Made by a program: the position numbers and the translations under genes. A DNA stretch of 64,000 nt from an uncultured Gemmatimonadales bacterium (GTDB lineage Bacteria > Gemmatimonadota > Gemmatimonadetes > Gemmatimonadales > Gemmatimonadaceae). Each line of letters opens with the position of its first letter. Positions within the stretch are counted from its first letter, which is position 1. Positions 43,386 through 53,024 of the stretch are shown one piece after another. The stretch is taken from assembly GCA_963701965.1 (NCBI GenBank), contig OY969695.1, forward strand, positions 704,001 through 768,000. The letters run 5' to 3'. The notes under the pieces are model-generated. The model worked only from the letters and a program-made list of their open reading frames with translations. It did not search any database and was not told the DNA's origin.

Positions 43386-44713
43386 GGGAGGAGCCCCCGT
43401 CCGACCGTCCGCTCGAGCTTCGCCAACCCTTTGGCGAAGTCGGTGAGCGCCCGACCGTACTCGATGTCGTACTGAAACGCGGTCGCCTGGGCCAACAACA
43501 CACTGGCGAAGTCCCCTCTTCCCGCCTCATAGCTCGCGGTCGCCGACCGCAGGCTCGCGTTGGCCGGCGGCAGAATGGCCTTGGCATACAGCGCGAGCTG
43601 CGTACGCGCGCGTTCGACTTCGGCGTACTGGCTCGCGACGGCTGCCCGGATGTCATTCGCCGCTGCGTGGTGCTGCGCATCATCAGCCGCCAGCTGCCAC
43701 CGGGCCTCCGCGACCATCTCTCCCTGCTTCCGCCCACTGTGGATCGGGATCGGCAGCGAGACCATCGCCGTCACGAAGTCCGGGAACCCGGTTCGCTGGT
43801 CGTACTCCAGCGACACGTCGACGTCCGGGATACGCCCCTTTCGCGCCACATCCAGACGTGCGGCGTCCGCCGAGATCATCGATTCGTGCTCGCGAAGCGC
43901 CGGACTCGCCTGCTCGGCCTCATCTTGCAGATCTCGCAGCGGCGCGAATGGGGAATCCGCCGCCGCGGCATCGAGAGCGGACGATACGAACGAAGCGCCC
44001 TTGGCGGAATCGGGCAGACCCGCACGTATGATATCGGTCGGCACCGACGGCCTCTCGACTGGCGTGTCGCTCGGACGGTCCAGTACCGCGTTGAGTTGGG
44101 CCAAGACCGCCGACCGTTGCGCGCGCAGCGTGACCGCCTGGTCCGCCAGTCGCGCCGATTCGACCCGAGCTTTGAGCGCGTCCTGTTGGCTCCCGGACCC
44201 CGCACCATACCGTGCCTCGCTCGCCTGTCCCAAGTCCACAAGCACGTCATGGCTGCGTTGCACGATCGCCAGCGCGCGGTCGACAAACGCGAGATCGTAA
44301 TACGCGTCCTTGATCTGCTCCACGGTCTCGAGGCGTATGGACTCCACCCGATAGCCTGCCGCCGCCGCCTCGTGCTCCGCGACACGTCCGCGAGCGGCCG
44401 GGGCACCCGCGAACGGCACGGTTTGCGTCACGCGGAACACCTTCATTGTGAATGAGTCGTAGAACCCTGGCCGCGCGATCGGCAGATCCGTGAGTCCAAG
44501 CCCAAGGATCGGATCCGCCCACGAGCCCGCCGGACCGATCCGGGCGCGCGCCGCGGCCTCCGCATGCCCAGCGACGTGAATCGAGGGGTTCGATCGGAGT
44601 CCCAAGCGGATGAGCGAATCCAAGTCGCTCAATGCGGCGAGCGGCTGCGCGCCCGCAACGCCGGCATACGCGACCACCGCCACCAGATATGGTGCGAAAA
44701 GTTGTGCTGACAT
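43382..44713 (-). CDS. TolC/CusC-family outer-membrane factor
   Basis: Signal peptide, AYYDL, RY.AG.G.QQD.LKA, YEAGRGDFASVL; first structural gene of the cus operon. Confidence 0.85.
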   Translation of the reverse strand: MSAQLFAPYLVAVVAYAGVAGAQPLAALSDLDSLIRLGLRSNPSIHVAGHAEAAARARIGPAGSWADPILGLGLTDLPIARPGFYDSFTMKVFRVTQTVPFAGAPAARGRVAEHEAAAAGYRVESIRLETVEQIKDAYYDLAFVDRALAIVQRSHDVLVDLGQASEARYGAGSGSQQDALKARVESARLADQAVTLRAQRSAVLAQLNAVLDRPSDTPVERPSVPTDIIRAGLPDSAKGASFVSSALDAAAADSPFAPLRDLQDEAEQASPALREHESMISADAARLDVARKGRIPDVDVSLEYDQRTGFPDFVTAMVSLPIPIHSGRKQGEMVAEARWQLAADDAQHHAAANDIRAAVASQYAEVERARTQLALYAKAILPPANASLRSATASYEAGRGDFASVLLAQATAFQYDIEYGRALTDFAKGLAKLERTVGRGLLP

Positions 44714-44821
44714 GCTCCGACAGGTTGATGTCCACACCGGGCGTCGTCGATACGACACGCCGATCGCTCCGCATCACGTCACGATGCGAAACAGCTCACG
44801 AGCTCCGAATTGTGAGCGGGA

Positions 44822-45181
44822 CTAGAACCTGGGAGGCGGTAGCTCAGGGAGCGACGTCGCCAATGGCGGCGTAAGGACCGCGAGCACAGGCATCACAGCC
44901 ACGAGCGGTGGTCGATCGAACAGCGTTTGCACCGCGGTGACGAGCGTCGCCGGTGCGCACGGCGCCATCGACTGGCAGCCGTCAGGCGCCCATGGGAACC
45001 GGCATGGCGTGGTGTGGTCCCCCGATGCCGGTGCGTCGGTGTGCACGGCCTGCGGCATCGCCATGCCATCCATGCCGTGCGCCATGCGCGACATGGAACA
45101 GGCATACCCGCTCTCCACAAAGACGAGCTGGAGAACGAACAGCGCGGCGAATGCCGCTGTCAGGCGGCGCCAACGGGTCAT
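44822..45181 (-). CDS. Small exported Met/His/Cys-rich protein with Pro-rich C-terminus (leader-like)
   Basis: Signal peptide, MAHGMDGMAM, C...CQSMAPC, ends SLPELPPPRF. Confidence 0.7.
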   Translation of the reverse strand: MTRWRRLTAAFAALFVLQLVFVESGYACSMSRMAHGMDGMAMPQAVHTDAPASGDHTTPCRFPWAPDGCQSMAPCAPATLVTAVQTLFDRPPLVAVMPVLAVLTPPLATSLPELPPPRF

Positions 45182-45296
45182 ATCGGCAATATAGCCCTCA
45201 AATCCGAAGAAGCGGACGCCCTTGGCTGCCGAGAAAGGCTCTCGGAGCGACGAGTGGGCGTGTTACCCTTGCCGCCGGCTGGGTCGGTCCCAGCGC

Positions 45297-45328
45297 TTGA
45301 CTCTATACCATGGTATAGAGTTTAGACT
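45297..45328 (+). promoter_or_regulatory. MerR-type promoter/operator
   Basis: TTGACT - 20 bp - TAGACT with perfect 22-bp palindrome ACTCTATACCATGGTATAGAGT (45300-45321). Confidence 0.88.
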
Positions 45329-45334
45329 GTAGTG

Positions 45335-45730
45335 ATGCGCATCGGCCAAGTCGCGGCCCAAGCGGCCGTCAATGTCCAGACGCTACGGTACTACGAGCGC
45401 CGGGGACTCATGCCCGCCACAGATCGTCGCTCCTCCGGCTACCGGGAATACGAGCCCGCCGCCGTCGCCCGCGTGCGTTTCATCAAGCACGCACAAGCGC
45501 TCGGATTCACGCTCGACGAGATCTCTGAACTCTTGACGCTGCGGGTCGGTAGCAATAGCCCGTGTGCACGGGTCGAGGCAAGCGCCGAACGAGCAATCGC
45601 CCGTATCGACGAGAAAGTTGACCACCTGAACCGCATGCGGGTGGTCCTGACAGATCTCGCCTCCGCCTGTCGACGGCAGGATCTTATCGGCGACTGCCCG
45701 ATCCTCCAGGCACTCGAGGATCACCGATGA
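45335..45730 (+). CDS. merR: Hg(II)-responsive MerR-family regulator
   Basis: MRIGQVA...TLRYYERRGL...SGYREY...AQALGFTLDEI; three Cys (PCA; ACR...DCPIL) at the Hg-ligand positions of MerR. Confidence 0.85.
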   Translation: MRIGQVAAQAAVNVQTLRYYERRGLMPATDRRSSGYREYEPAAVARVRFIKHAQALGFTLDEISELLTLRVGSNSPCARVEASAERAIARIDEKVDHLNRMRVVLTDLASACRRQDLIGDCPILQALEDHR

Positions 45731-46062
45731 GTCCCGGACCGCAGGTCGAACTAATCTTCGACGCCACCTGCCCGAACGTTGACGCCGCGCGAGTTGAGCT
45801 GCGTGCCGCATTCGCGCGCGCCGGCCGTCCGCCCGATTGGATCGAGTGGGATCGGGCGGCGCCGGACGCGCCGCAGTACGCTCGGCGGTATGCCTCGCCG
45901 ACCGTGCTGGTCGCCGGACAAGACGTCGTCAACGCGACGGCCGCGCTCGACGCCGGCGACGGGTGCCGGGTGTACCGGGACGCGACCGGCCGATTGCTTC
46001 CCGCACCGGGCGCCGCCACCATCTTCGTGGCCCTCACCGCGGTGAAGGCGGAGGCCCCATGA
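45727..46062 (+). CDS. Thioredoxin-like hypothetical protein of mer-type operons
   Basis: VELIFDATCPNV...YASPTVLVAGQDV...CRVY; ATGA-coupled to merR. Confidence 0.7.
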   Translation: MSPGPQVELIFDATCPNVDAARVELRAAFARAGRPPDWIEWDRAAPDAPQYARRYASPTVLVAGQDVVNATAALDAGDGCRVYRDATGRLLPAPGAATIFVALTAVKAEAP

Positions 46063-46452
46063 TCTCACCAACCCGCAATGCAACGCCCGCGGTTGAACCC
46101 GACTCAATCACCGAGACGCCGACGCGAACCTTGGCTCGCGGGCGGTGCGGCGGCAGGCGGCCTCGCGGGCGCGCTCGCCGCGGCAATGGCGGGCCTCTGC
46201 TGCGTCGGCCCGGTCACCGTCCTAGTGCTCGGTGCGGGCGGTGCCGTCGCCGCCGCGGGACTCGCGCCCTACCGCCTGCCGTTGTTGCTCATCTCCGCGG
46301 TACTCCTCGGCCTCGGCTATTGGCGAACCCGTCGCAGTTCCGGCACCAGCGCAGCGGCATGCCCGACCCACGTCGGCCGGTTGATCCGCCGGAGCCTCTC
46401 GATCGCCACATGTGCGTGGATCTGCGCCGTCATCCTCTGGCTTATTCAATGA
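46059..46452 (+). CDS. merT: MerT/MerF-like mercuric ion transporter (probable frameshift near 46135)
   Basis: AGLCCVGP in TM1, LAPYR, cytoplasmic AC. The SD-preceded ATG 46059 is out of frame with the 46078 ORF. Confidence 0.75.
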
Positions 46453-47042
46453 CGACTCCTCTTCGACTGAGCGTGGCATGCTGCGCATCGCTGATGACCG
46501 CGTTGTCCTGCGTGCCCAGTGCGCCACCATCTTCGTACCGGGTAATTGGCGCCGACGCCGAGCCATTGCGAACGGCGTTCAACGCCAACGTCGGCAAGGT
46601 GCGGGTCGTTATGCTCGTCGCCCCTACGTGAGGGGAGTGTCTTCGGGGGGCCTCCGAAGTCGAGCACGTGTTGCTCGCCAAACAACCTGATCCTCGCCTC
46701 GCCGCCTATGTCGTGTGGGTGCCGAAGTTGTTCGGGCACGAATCCGACGTCGGTACTGCGACCCGATTCCTCCCCGACTCTCGCGCGACCCACTTCTGGG
46801 ACGGGCAGTCGGTCCTCGTACACCAGTACGACACCGTGCTGGGCATCGACCAGGACGCGTGGGACATCTACATGATCTACGGTCCGGCGACTCGATGGGA
46901 TGGGTCATCGCCACCACGGCCCGACTTCTGGATGCACCAGCTCCATCTCCCCAACCGCCGCGGTACCTCGGGATCGCGTCTCGATCCTGCCGTCTTCGCC
47001 GCGCATGCCGACTCGTTGCTCCGCGGCGCCCCGCCGGGGTGA
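46449..47042 (+). CDS. Putative selenoprotein: thioredoxin-fold lipoprotein with UxxC motif (in-frame TGA 46629-46631)
   Basis: ATGA-coupled to merT; lipobox ALSC; RVVMLVAPT-U-GEC; same frame continues to 47042 (197 aa with readthrough); hairpin CTTCGGGG-GGC-CTCCGAAG 10 nt after the TGA. Confidence 0.78.
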
Positions 47043-47066
47043 GCGCGATGGCGTCGTGACTCGTAC

Positions 47067-47597
47067 ATGATCGCCGTGCAGACCGGCGTCGCCGGAATCC
47101 GCGTGCCTTCCAGTGACCCCGTATTCCTTACCGTGGTGGGCCTGCACGTCCTCTTCGCCCTCGTATGTGCGGTCACAGGCATCGTTGCGATGCTGAGCAA
47201 CAAGCGCCCTGGCCGCCACCCGACCTTCGGCACGATCTATTACTGGTGCCTTTCCGCCGTGTTTGTCTCAGCGACGGTGCTCTCCGTGACGCGCTGGACG
47301 GAGGATTACCCGTTGTTCATTCTCGGCGCCCTGTCTTACGCGTCCGCGACGTTCGGACGCGCGGCTCGCCGCCGGCAGTGGCGCAACTGGCTCCCGATGC
47401 ACATCAGCGGCATGGGCGTGTCGTACATCCTGCTCGTCACGGCCTTCTACGTCGACAACGGCAAGGCCCTTCCGCTCTGGCGGGAGTCTGCCGACCCTCG
47501 CCTACTGGCTCGTGCCAGGCGCGGTCGGGGTGCCGCTCATCCTGCGCGCACTCATGCGGCATCCGTTGTTACGGTGATCGTGACCATCGCAGCGTAG
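47067..47597 (+). CDS. DUF2306-like membrane protein (3' frameshift likely)
   Basis: LHV...GIVAM...KRPGRHP.FG..YYW...HISGMG.SYI.L.TAFYVDNG. Confidence 0.65.
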   Translation: MIAVQTGVAGIRVPSSDPVFLTVVGLHVLFALVCAVTGIVAMLSNKRPGRHPTFGTIYYWCLSAVFVSATVLSVTRWTEDYPLFILGALSYASATFGRAARRRQWRNWLPMHISGMGVSYILLVTAFYVDNGKALPLWRESADPRLLARARRGRGAAHPARTHAASVVTVIVTIAA

Positions 47598-47879
47598 CAC
47601 GGACGCTCTCCGAGTCCATGTTCGGCGCTTCCGCCCCCCGCCGCCACCGCCGCCGCCCCAACACCGCGGCCTCTGTTCCCCAGGCGAAGCCAGCACCCTC
47701 GTCTCGCCACCAGTGATGTCCGGGATCAACCGCCGCGAACGAAAGTGCGGCCGGGATTCATCCGACAGGGAGACCCACGAGCGCGGCTGGCCATCCCGGC
47801 CGCGTGCCGACGACCTTTCGCTCGAGGAACTCGAGCAGCAGCAACAACAAGACGACGAAGACCACCGCCGCCGCCCTCG

Positions 47880-47947
47880 TTCAGCTCCCGTGCTCGGAGC
47901 GCGGCGCTGATACCGGCATCGCTGCCACCAATGACGAGAACGCGCAT
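47880..47947 (-). pseudogene. N-terminal remnant of CoA-disulfide reductase-like FAD oxidoreductase
   Basis: MRVLVIGGSDAGISAALRAREL, then abrupt loss of homology. Confidence 0.6.
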
Positions 47948-48041
47948 GGCGACTCGTTATGGCCGGTGTGCTGTGCGGCGCCGTGTCCGACTCACGGGAT
48001 CGTCATCGTCCTCCGCCTCGGTCGTCGGCAGCACTGGTCCC

Positions 48042-48749
48042 TCAATGCCTGATCAACGGCTGATCCTTTCGCGCGTGGCGAGTAGCCGCGGGCCGTAGCC
48101 ACTCATAGACCCGGGCTGCGACGATCATCCCGACGAGAGGCGCCAGCCAGTACAGCCAGTGCGCCCGCCACTCTCCCCCCACGAGCGCTGGCCCGAACGA
48201 GCGCGCCGGATTCATGGAGGCGCCGGTCAGCGGCCCGCCCGTCAGCGCACAAAACCCGACTGTCAGGCCCACCGCTATACCCGCAAACCCCGGCGCCACG
48301 CGTTCGTCGGTGGCCACCGCCATGATGACGAACATGAGCGCGAACGATAGAACGAATTCAATGGCGAACGCGCCCATAATGGATATCGCGGGCGTCAGTG
48401 CCGGCAGCGTCGCGCCGAGATGCCCTACCGGACCGAGCACGCCCCGGAGTAGCGCCGACGCCGCCACCGCACCAACGCATTGTGCCGCAATGTAAGGCAC
48501 GACGTCGCGTCCGGGAAACCGACGCGTCGACCAGAACCCGACGGTCACCGCGGGATTGAGATGCGCCCCGGATACGTGGCCCAGCGCGTACACCATCCCG
48601 GTGATGACGAACGCGAACGCCAGTGCGATGCCCGCGACTCCTAGTCCCCCATGGGTGGCAGCGTCCACCATCGCCGCCCCCGGTCCGATGAGCACCAGGA
48701 AGAACGTCCCAATCGCCTCCGCTGTCGCGCGGCGCCCGATCTCACGCAT
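48042..48749 (-). CDS. MIP-family aquaporin/aquaglyceroporin (arsenite channel candidate)
   Basis: SGAHLNPAVT and SMNPARSFGPA (two NPA motifs); in the ars operon. Confidence 0.9.
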   Translation of the reverse strand: MREIGRRATAEAIGTFFLVLIGPGAAMVDAATHGGLGVAGIALAFAFVITGMVYALGHVSGAHLNPAVTVGFWSTRRFPGRDVVPYIAAQCVGAVAASALLRGVLGPVGHLGATLPALTPAISIMGAFAIEFVLSFALMFVIMAVATDERVAPGFAGIAVGLTVGFCALTGGPLTGASMNPARSFGPALVGGEWRAHWLYWLAPLVGMIVAARVYEWLRPAATRHARKDQPLIRH

Positions 48750-48752
48750 CCG

Positions 48753-49526
48753 CTATTGGGCTTGAGAGGCAGTGGAACTCCGTCCGCCGGTCCGCAAATA
48801 CTCCGCGAACTCATGCGGCAGCGTACTGTCCAGAATCCCGCGCGTTGTGCGATCGACATCGTAGTGGACTCGCACGAACTCGACCCCGATCGAGCCGTCG
48901 CTCACGTCGAGCAACACGTACCCCGCTCGCCAATCGCCGTCTTTCGGGCGCCCCACGCTTCCGGTGTTGACGAAGTGGACGCCCTCGACGATCCGATGCC
49001 ATGGCTTGTGCGTGTGGCCGAATGCTAAGACATCGCCCGCACGCGCGCCAACGAGCTGCGCCATCGTGGTGCAGAACGCGTCGGGTCGATCCTCCGTCCA
49101 ATACACGGTGTTCAGCGTCGGTGTCCCGTGAACCAGTGTGACCGTGGGGCCGGCCACGTGTCCGCCGAGCGGGCGGAGGTCGATGCGAAAGGGCAGCGTG
49201 CCGAGGTAAGCCTTCGTCGCGTCGGACGTGTGCGCCAGCGTCCACGCGTAGCTCTCGTGCGACAATGCTTCCTGATGCGGATCCTCGTACTTGCAGCCAC
49301 AATGCTTGTAGCCGGTCGCCACCGTCGAGTCGTAGTTGCCGTTCACGCCGGGGATGCCATGTTCGCGCAGCAGGGCCACGGTTTCGTTCGGCCACGGCGC
49401 GTATCCGACGAGATCGCCGAGGTGATACGTAGCAGCGATCGTCGTTCGGCTTCGCTCAATGTCACTGAGCACCGCCTCCAGAGCCGGCAGGTTGGCGTGG
49501 ACATCGGATAGGAGGGCGTAGCGCAT
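48753..49526 (-). CDS. Calcineurin-like metallophosphoesterase (ars-associated)
   Basis: SDVHAN, LGDLVGY, GNYD, HCGC, VHG, GHTH, NTGSVGRPKDGD. Confidence 0.88.
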   Translation of the reverse strand: MRYALLSDVHANLPALEAVLSDIERSRTTIAATYHLGDLVGYAPWPNETVALLREHGIPGVNGNYDSTVATGYKHCGCKYEDPHQEALSHESYAWTLAHTSDATKAYLGTLPFRIDLRPLGGHVAGPTVTLVHGTPTLNTVYWTEDRPDAFCTTMAQLVGARAGDVLAFGHTHKPWHRIVEGVHFVNTGSVGRPKDGDWRAGYVLLDVSDGSIGVEFVRVHYDVDRTTRGILDSTLPHEFAEYLRTGGRSSTASQAQ

Positions 49527-49549
49527 GGGGTCTTATGCTCTCGAACAAC

Positions 49550-50642
49550 TCAATGGCCGTGAGGCGCGGTTTCTGTCACGCCCTGGGCCGCTAAGATCTG
49601 GTCGACCGTCGCCTTCGCGCTGCGCCCGACACCGATCAACGTTGCCGAGGCATACCCTGTCCAGTCGCCGTACCCGACGAGCCAGAGTCGCGGCTCGACG
49701 ATCGCCCTCGTCCCCTCGGTTCGCACCCAACCGTTCGCTTCGATAACACCGAGAGATGCGGAGATGTCCGAGGGCCGGCCGGTACCCCGTCGCCCAAATT
49801 ACCGCGTCGAGAGTCCGGTACGTGCCATTCGGCCACACCACGCCGGTGACCTCGAAGTACTCGAACATCGGCAAGGGTTCGAGCACGCCCCGCACCCGCG
49901 CGGCGCGCACCGCGGGGACGGCGACAATGTCTCCCAGGCTGCGGAGCGGCGGTGCCGGGCGCCCCTCCCGCAGCGCGCGGTACCACTCCGTCGCTTGTCC
50001 GAACAAGACGCGTCCGTCGACATCGTCCGGCAGGAATCGGGGCGGCTCCCGCGTGACCCAGCAGACGTCAGCCACGTCCGCCAGCTCCGCCGCGATCTGC
50101 GCCCCTGAGTTTCCACCGCCGACCACGGCCAGGCGGCGACCCCGGAATGGCTCCGGCCCTCGATAGTGCGCGGAGTGCAGTTGAGTACCGCAGAAGCCAT
50201 CACTACCGGCAACGACCGGTCGGACTGGGTGCGCCCACGTCCCTGTCGCGCTCACCACGGCGCGCGCGACCCACGTACCACGGTCGGTCTCCACGCGCAG
50301 CGCGTCGCCTTCACGCCGCACGCCCGTCACTCGCACGGGCCGCTCAACCGTGAGCGCGTAGCGCCGTTCGTACTCCGCGAGATAGCCGATCACCGCATCG
50401 CGCCCTGGATACTCGTCGCCCGACGACGGCATGAGCCACCCGGGCAGTGAGCTCCATTGTGCAGGGGAGAACAATCGCAACGACGGCCAGGTCTCACCCC
50501 ATGCGCCACCCGGTTCAGCACGCGCATCCAACAGAACGAACGAGAGTCCGGTGCGCCGGAGGTAGTACCCCACCGCGAGCCCTGCCTGGCCGGCGCCAAT
50601 GACGACGACGTCGGCCCGGCGAACGGTCTCAGCGTCCGCCAT
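49550..50642 (-). CDS. arsO: ArsO-like flavin-dependent monooxygenase (frameshift near 49760)
   Basis: [49 protein letters not shown]; the C-terminus [20 protein letters not shown] is in another frame. Confidence 0.8.
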
Positions 50643-51108
50643 GCGCTCCCGCGAGCGGCCGCGTCATGACCACGGCAGATGCCGGACACGCACTCCGAAA
50701 CTCGTCCGTCGCGGCGACGTCAGGGGGCACGGCGTCACGCGTAGTCTCCGCAAAACCAAAGCGGGGGAAGTAGTGCGCCGCGGTCGTCGTCAAGAGATAC
50801 ACCGCGTGCAGGCGGCGCTCTTCTGCTTCGGCCATGACTCGGCTCACGAGTGCCCGCGCCAATCCGCAATGTTGCCAGGCCGGCGCGACCGCGACCGATC
50901 GCAGCAATCCGTTGTCGCAACACAGCTCGAGGCCGGCAACGCCTACCAATGCTCCCCGGTGTTCCGCGACCACGAACGTCTCGATCGCCGCGCTCACGCC
51001 GACCAACGGAAGGTCGGAGTCAGTCAGCAACCGCTCGACGCCCGGGAGATCTGCAACCGTAGCCGGACGGAGCATCGGCCGCTCACTCTGTCCTACTCGA
51101 TCCTTCAC
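50629..51108 (-). CDS. arsN2: Arsenic-resistance N-acetyltransferase ArsN2
   Basis: LLRSVAV, YLLTTTA..YF.RFGF, EFRSACPASAVVM. Confidence 0.85.
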   Translation of the reverse strand: MKDRVGQSERPMLRPATVADLPGVERLLTDSDLPLVGVSAAIETFVVAEHRGALVGVAGLELCCDNGLLRSVAVAPAWQHCGLARALVSRVMAEAEERRLHAVYLLTTTAAHYFPRFGFAETTRDAVPPDVAATDEFRSACPASAVVMTRPLAGAHGGR

Positions 51109-51133
51109 CCGTCACCATGCCTTTCCTCCTCTC

Positions 51134-52013
51134 TTACGCCGGTTTCTGCGCCCGGACAAACGCGCTCAGAATGCGCCCCGACACGTCGCGGGCAACTGCG
51201 TCCGCGTCCAGCCCCGCGCTCGCCAGAAATGCTCGCGCATCTTCGATCTCATAGACCCGGGTGGGTTCGATCGACGCGTCAATGAAACCAACATCGCCCA
51301 GGAGCGACAGGAACTCGTCTTCACGCAACGCGCCCGCGATGCACCCGACCCACAACTCCATGCTCTGTTTCACGACGGACGGAATCTCCCCCCGCACGAC
51401 GACATCCGATACCGCGAACCGTCCACCGGGTTTGAGGACCCGGAACGCTTCGGCCAGGACTTGGCGCTTGTCGCCAGACAGGTTGATGACGCAGTTGGAG
51501 ATGATCACGTCAACAGAATGCGTCCGGCAACGGCACCGCCTCGATCTGCCCCTTCAGGAACTCGACATTCTGCACCCCAGCGCGCCGCTGGTTGTCGCGC
51601 GCCAGTGCCAACATTTCGTCGGTCATGTCCAGGCCATACGCCTTGCCCGTTGGTCCAACGCGCTGCGCGGAGAGGAGCACATCGATCCCGCCGCCCGACC
51701 CGAGGTCCAACACGACTTCGCCCTCCAGGAGAGTGGCGAGCATCGTCGGGTTGCCGCAGCCCAACGAGGCCAGCACGGCCTCCTGGGGCAGCGTCGCCGT
51801 CTGACCGTCGCTGTAGAGATTCGAGGTGATCGGATTGACGTCCGCGTCCAACGCGCTCGACGCCGACCCCCCGCAACACGTCGGCCCGCAGCAGCTCGCG
51901 GCCTCACCGGACGCGACCTTCAGCGCCGCTTTTCCATACTTCTCCCGCACCGTCGCCGTCAGCGGCGCGTCGGTCGCCACTGTACCGCCCTGGTCGCTCG
52001 TGCTCATACCCAC
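51134..52013 (-). CDS. arsM: Arsenite S-adenosylmethionine methyltransferase (frameshift near 51512)
   Basis: [45 protein letters not shown]; one extra T restores the frame. Confidence 0.9.
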
Positions 52014-52024
52014 CCCCTCATCAT

Positions 52025-52040
52025 ATCAAGCGTTATTGAT
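52025..52040. promoter_or_regulatory. Putative ArsR operator (ATCAA-N6-TTGAT) upstream of arsM
   Basis: ATCAAGCGTTATTGAT; same dyad as at 52420. Confidence 0.65.
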
Positions 52041-52083
52041 CAGTCAGACACAAAAAATGTGCGCCGACGCCGCGACCCGCCTT

Positions 52084-52407
52084 TCACCCGCAGCACCGCG
52101 CTGCAAGTACCGTAAGCCGCCTCGAAGGGAGCCCCCCAACGAATTCCTCGAGTTGCGCGAACGCGTCCCGATTGAGCGTGTAGTACGCCCAGCGCCCCTC
52201 GCGCCGATCCGTCACCAGCCCGGCGTCCTTAAGGGTCTTGAGATGGAAGGACAGCAACGACTGCCCAAGGTCGAGCGCGCTGGTCAGGTCACAGACGCAC
52301 TGCTCTCCGCCGCGCAGCAAGTCGACGATCCGCAGGCGAGTCTCATCCGAGAGCGCCCGAAACTGCCGTGTGATGCCGCTGAGATCCGTCTTGACCGCCG
52401 TGACCAT
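52084..52407 (-). CDS. arsR: ArsR/SmtB repressor
   Basis: FRALSDETRL, EQCVCDL, LSFHLKTLKDAGLV, C-terminal CCG. Confidence 0.92.
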   Translation of the reverse strand: MVTAVKTDLSGITRQFRALSDETRLRIVDLLRGGEQCVCDLTSALDLGQSLLSFHLKTLKDAGLVTDRREGRWAYYTLNRDAFAQLEEFVGGLPSRRLTVLAARCCG

Positions 52408-52419
52408 GGCTAACTATAT

Positions 52420-52435
52420 ATCAATGTCAATTGAT
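52420..52435. promoter_or_regulatory. Putative ArsR operator (ATCAA-N6-TTGAT) between divergent arsR and GNAT genes
   Basis: ATCAATGTCAATTGAT. Confidence 0.65.
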
Positions 52436-52490
52436 GTGTCAAGTCGACGGCGACCGGATTGCGGGTGACACACATTCCCATCATATACAG

Positions 52491-53024
52491 ATGTCAGTTG
52501 ACGACACAGAGCACCGGGCCGACGTGATCATCCGACCAGCGACACTCGACGACCTCCCGCAGTTGACGGAGATCCACAACTACTACGTGGTCAACTCTCA
52601 CGCCACCTTCGATCTCCATCCTGTGTCCGCCGTCCAACGCACGACCTGGTTTCACGACCATTCCGACGGCCGCCGCCATCGGATCCTCGTTGCCGAAGAT
52701 CCGCCGGGCACAATCACCGGCTACACAGCCACTGGCCGATTTCGCGCAAGGCAGGCGTACGACCCGACCGTCGAAGTCACCATCCAGTGTCGCCCGGATG
52801 CAACTGGACGCGGCATCGGCACAGCCTTGTATCGCGCGCTATTCAATGCGCTGGCGACCGAGGACGTCCACCTCGTCGTTGCCGGGATCGCGCAACCCAA
52901 CCAGGCCTCAAACGTCCTGCATGAGAGCTTCGGCTTCACTACCGTCGGCACGTTCGTGGAAGTCGGCCGCAAGTTCGACCGCTACTGGGACGTGCGGTGG
53001 ATGGCGAAGGCGATTTCTCGGTAG
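52491..53024 (+). CDS. Phosphinothricin-acetyltransferase-like GNAT (ArsN1-like candidate)
   Basis: NYYV.NS.ATFD, R.AYD.TVE, GRGIG..LY, N.AS..LHESFGF, VGRKFDRYWDV. Confidence 0.82.
   Translation: MSVDDTEHRADVIIRPATLDDLPQLTEIHNYYVVNSHATFDLHPVSAVQRTTWFHDHSDGRRHRILVAEDPPGTITGYTATGRFRARQAYDPTVEVTIQCRPDATGRGIGTALYRALFNALATEDVHLVVAGIAQPNQASNVLHESFGFTTVGTFVEVGRKFDRYWDVRWMAKAISR

Noticed and set aside
47830..47880. CAG/CAA/GAC/GCC low-complexity run as a repeat element
   Set aside because: Short, irregular triplet-rich sequence at a deletion junction; no array structure.
51083..51118. Short SD-led ORF (MVTGEGSSRTE) before arsN2 as a regulatory leader
   Set aside because: More likely the real arsN2 start displaced by an indel.
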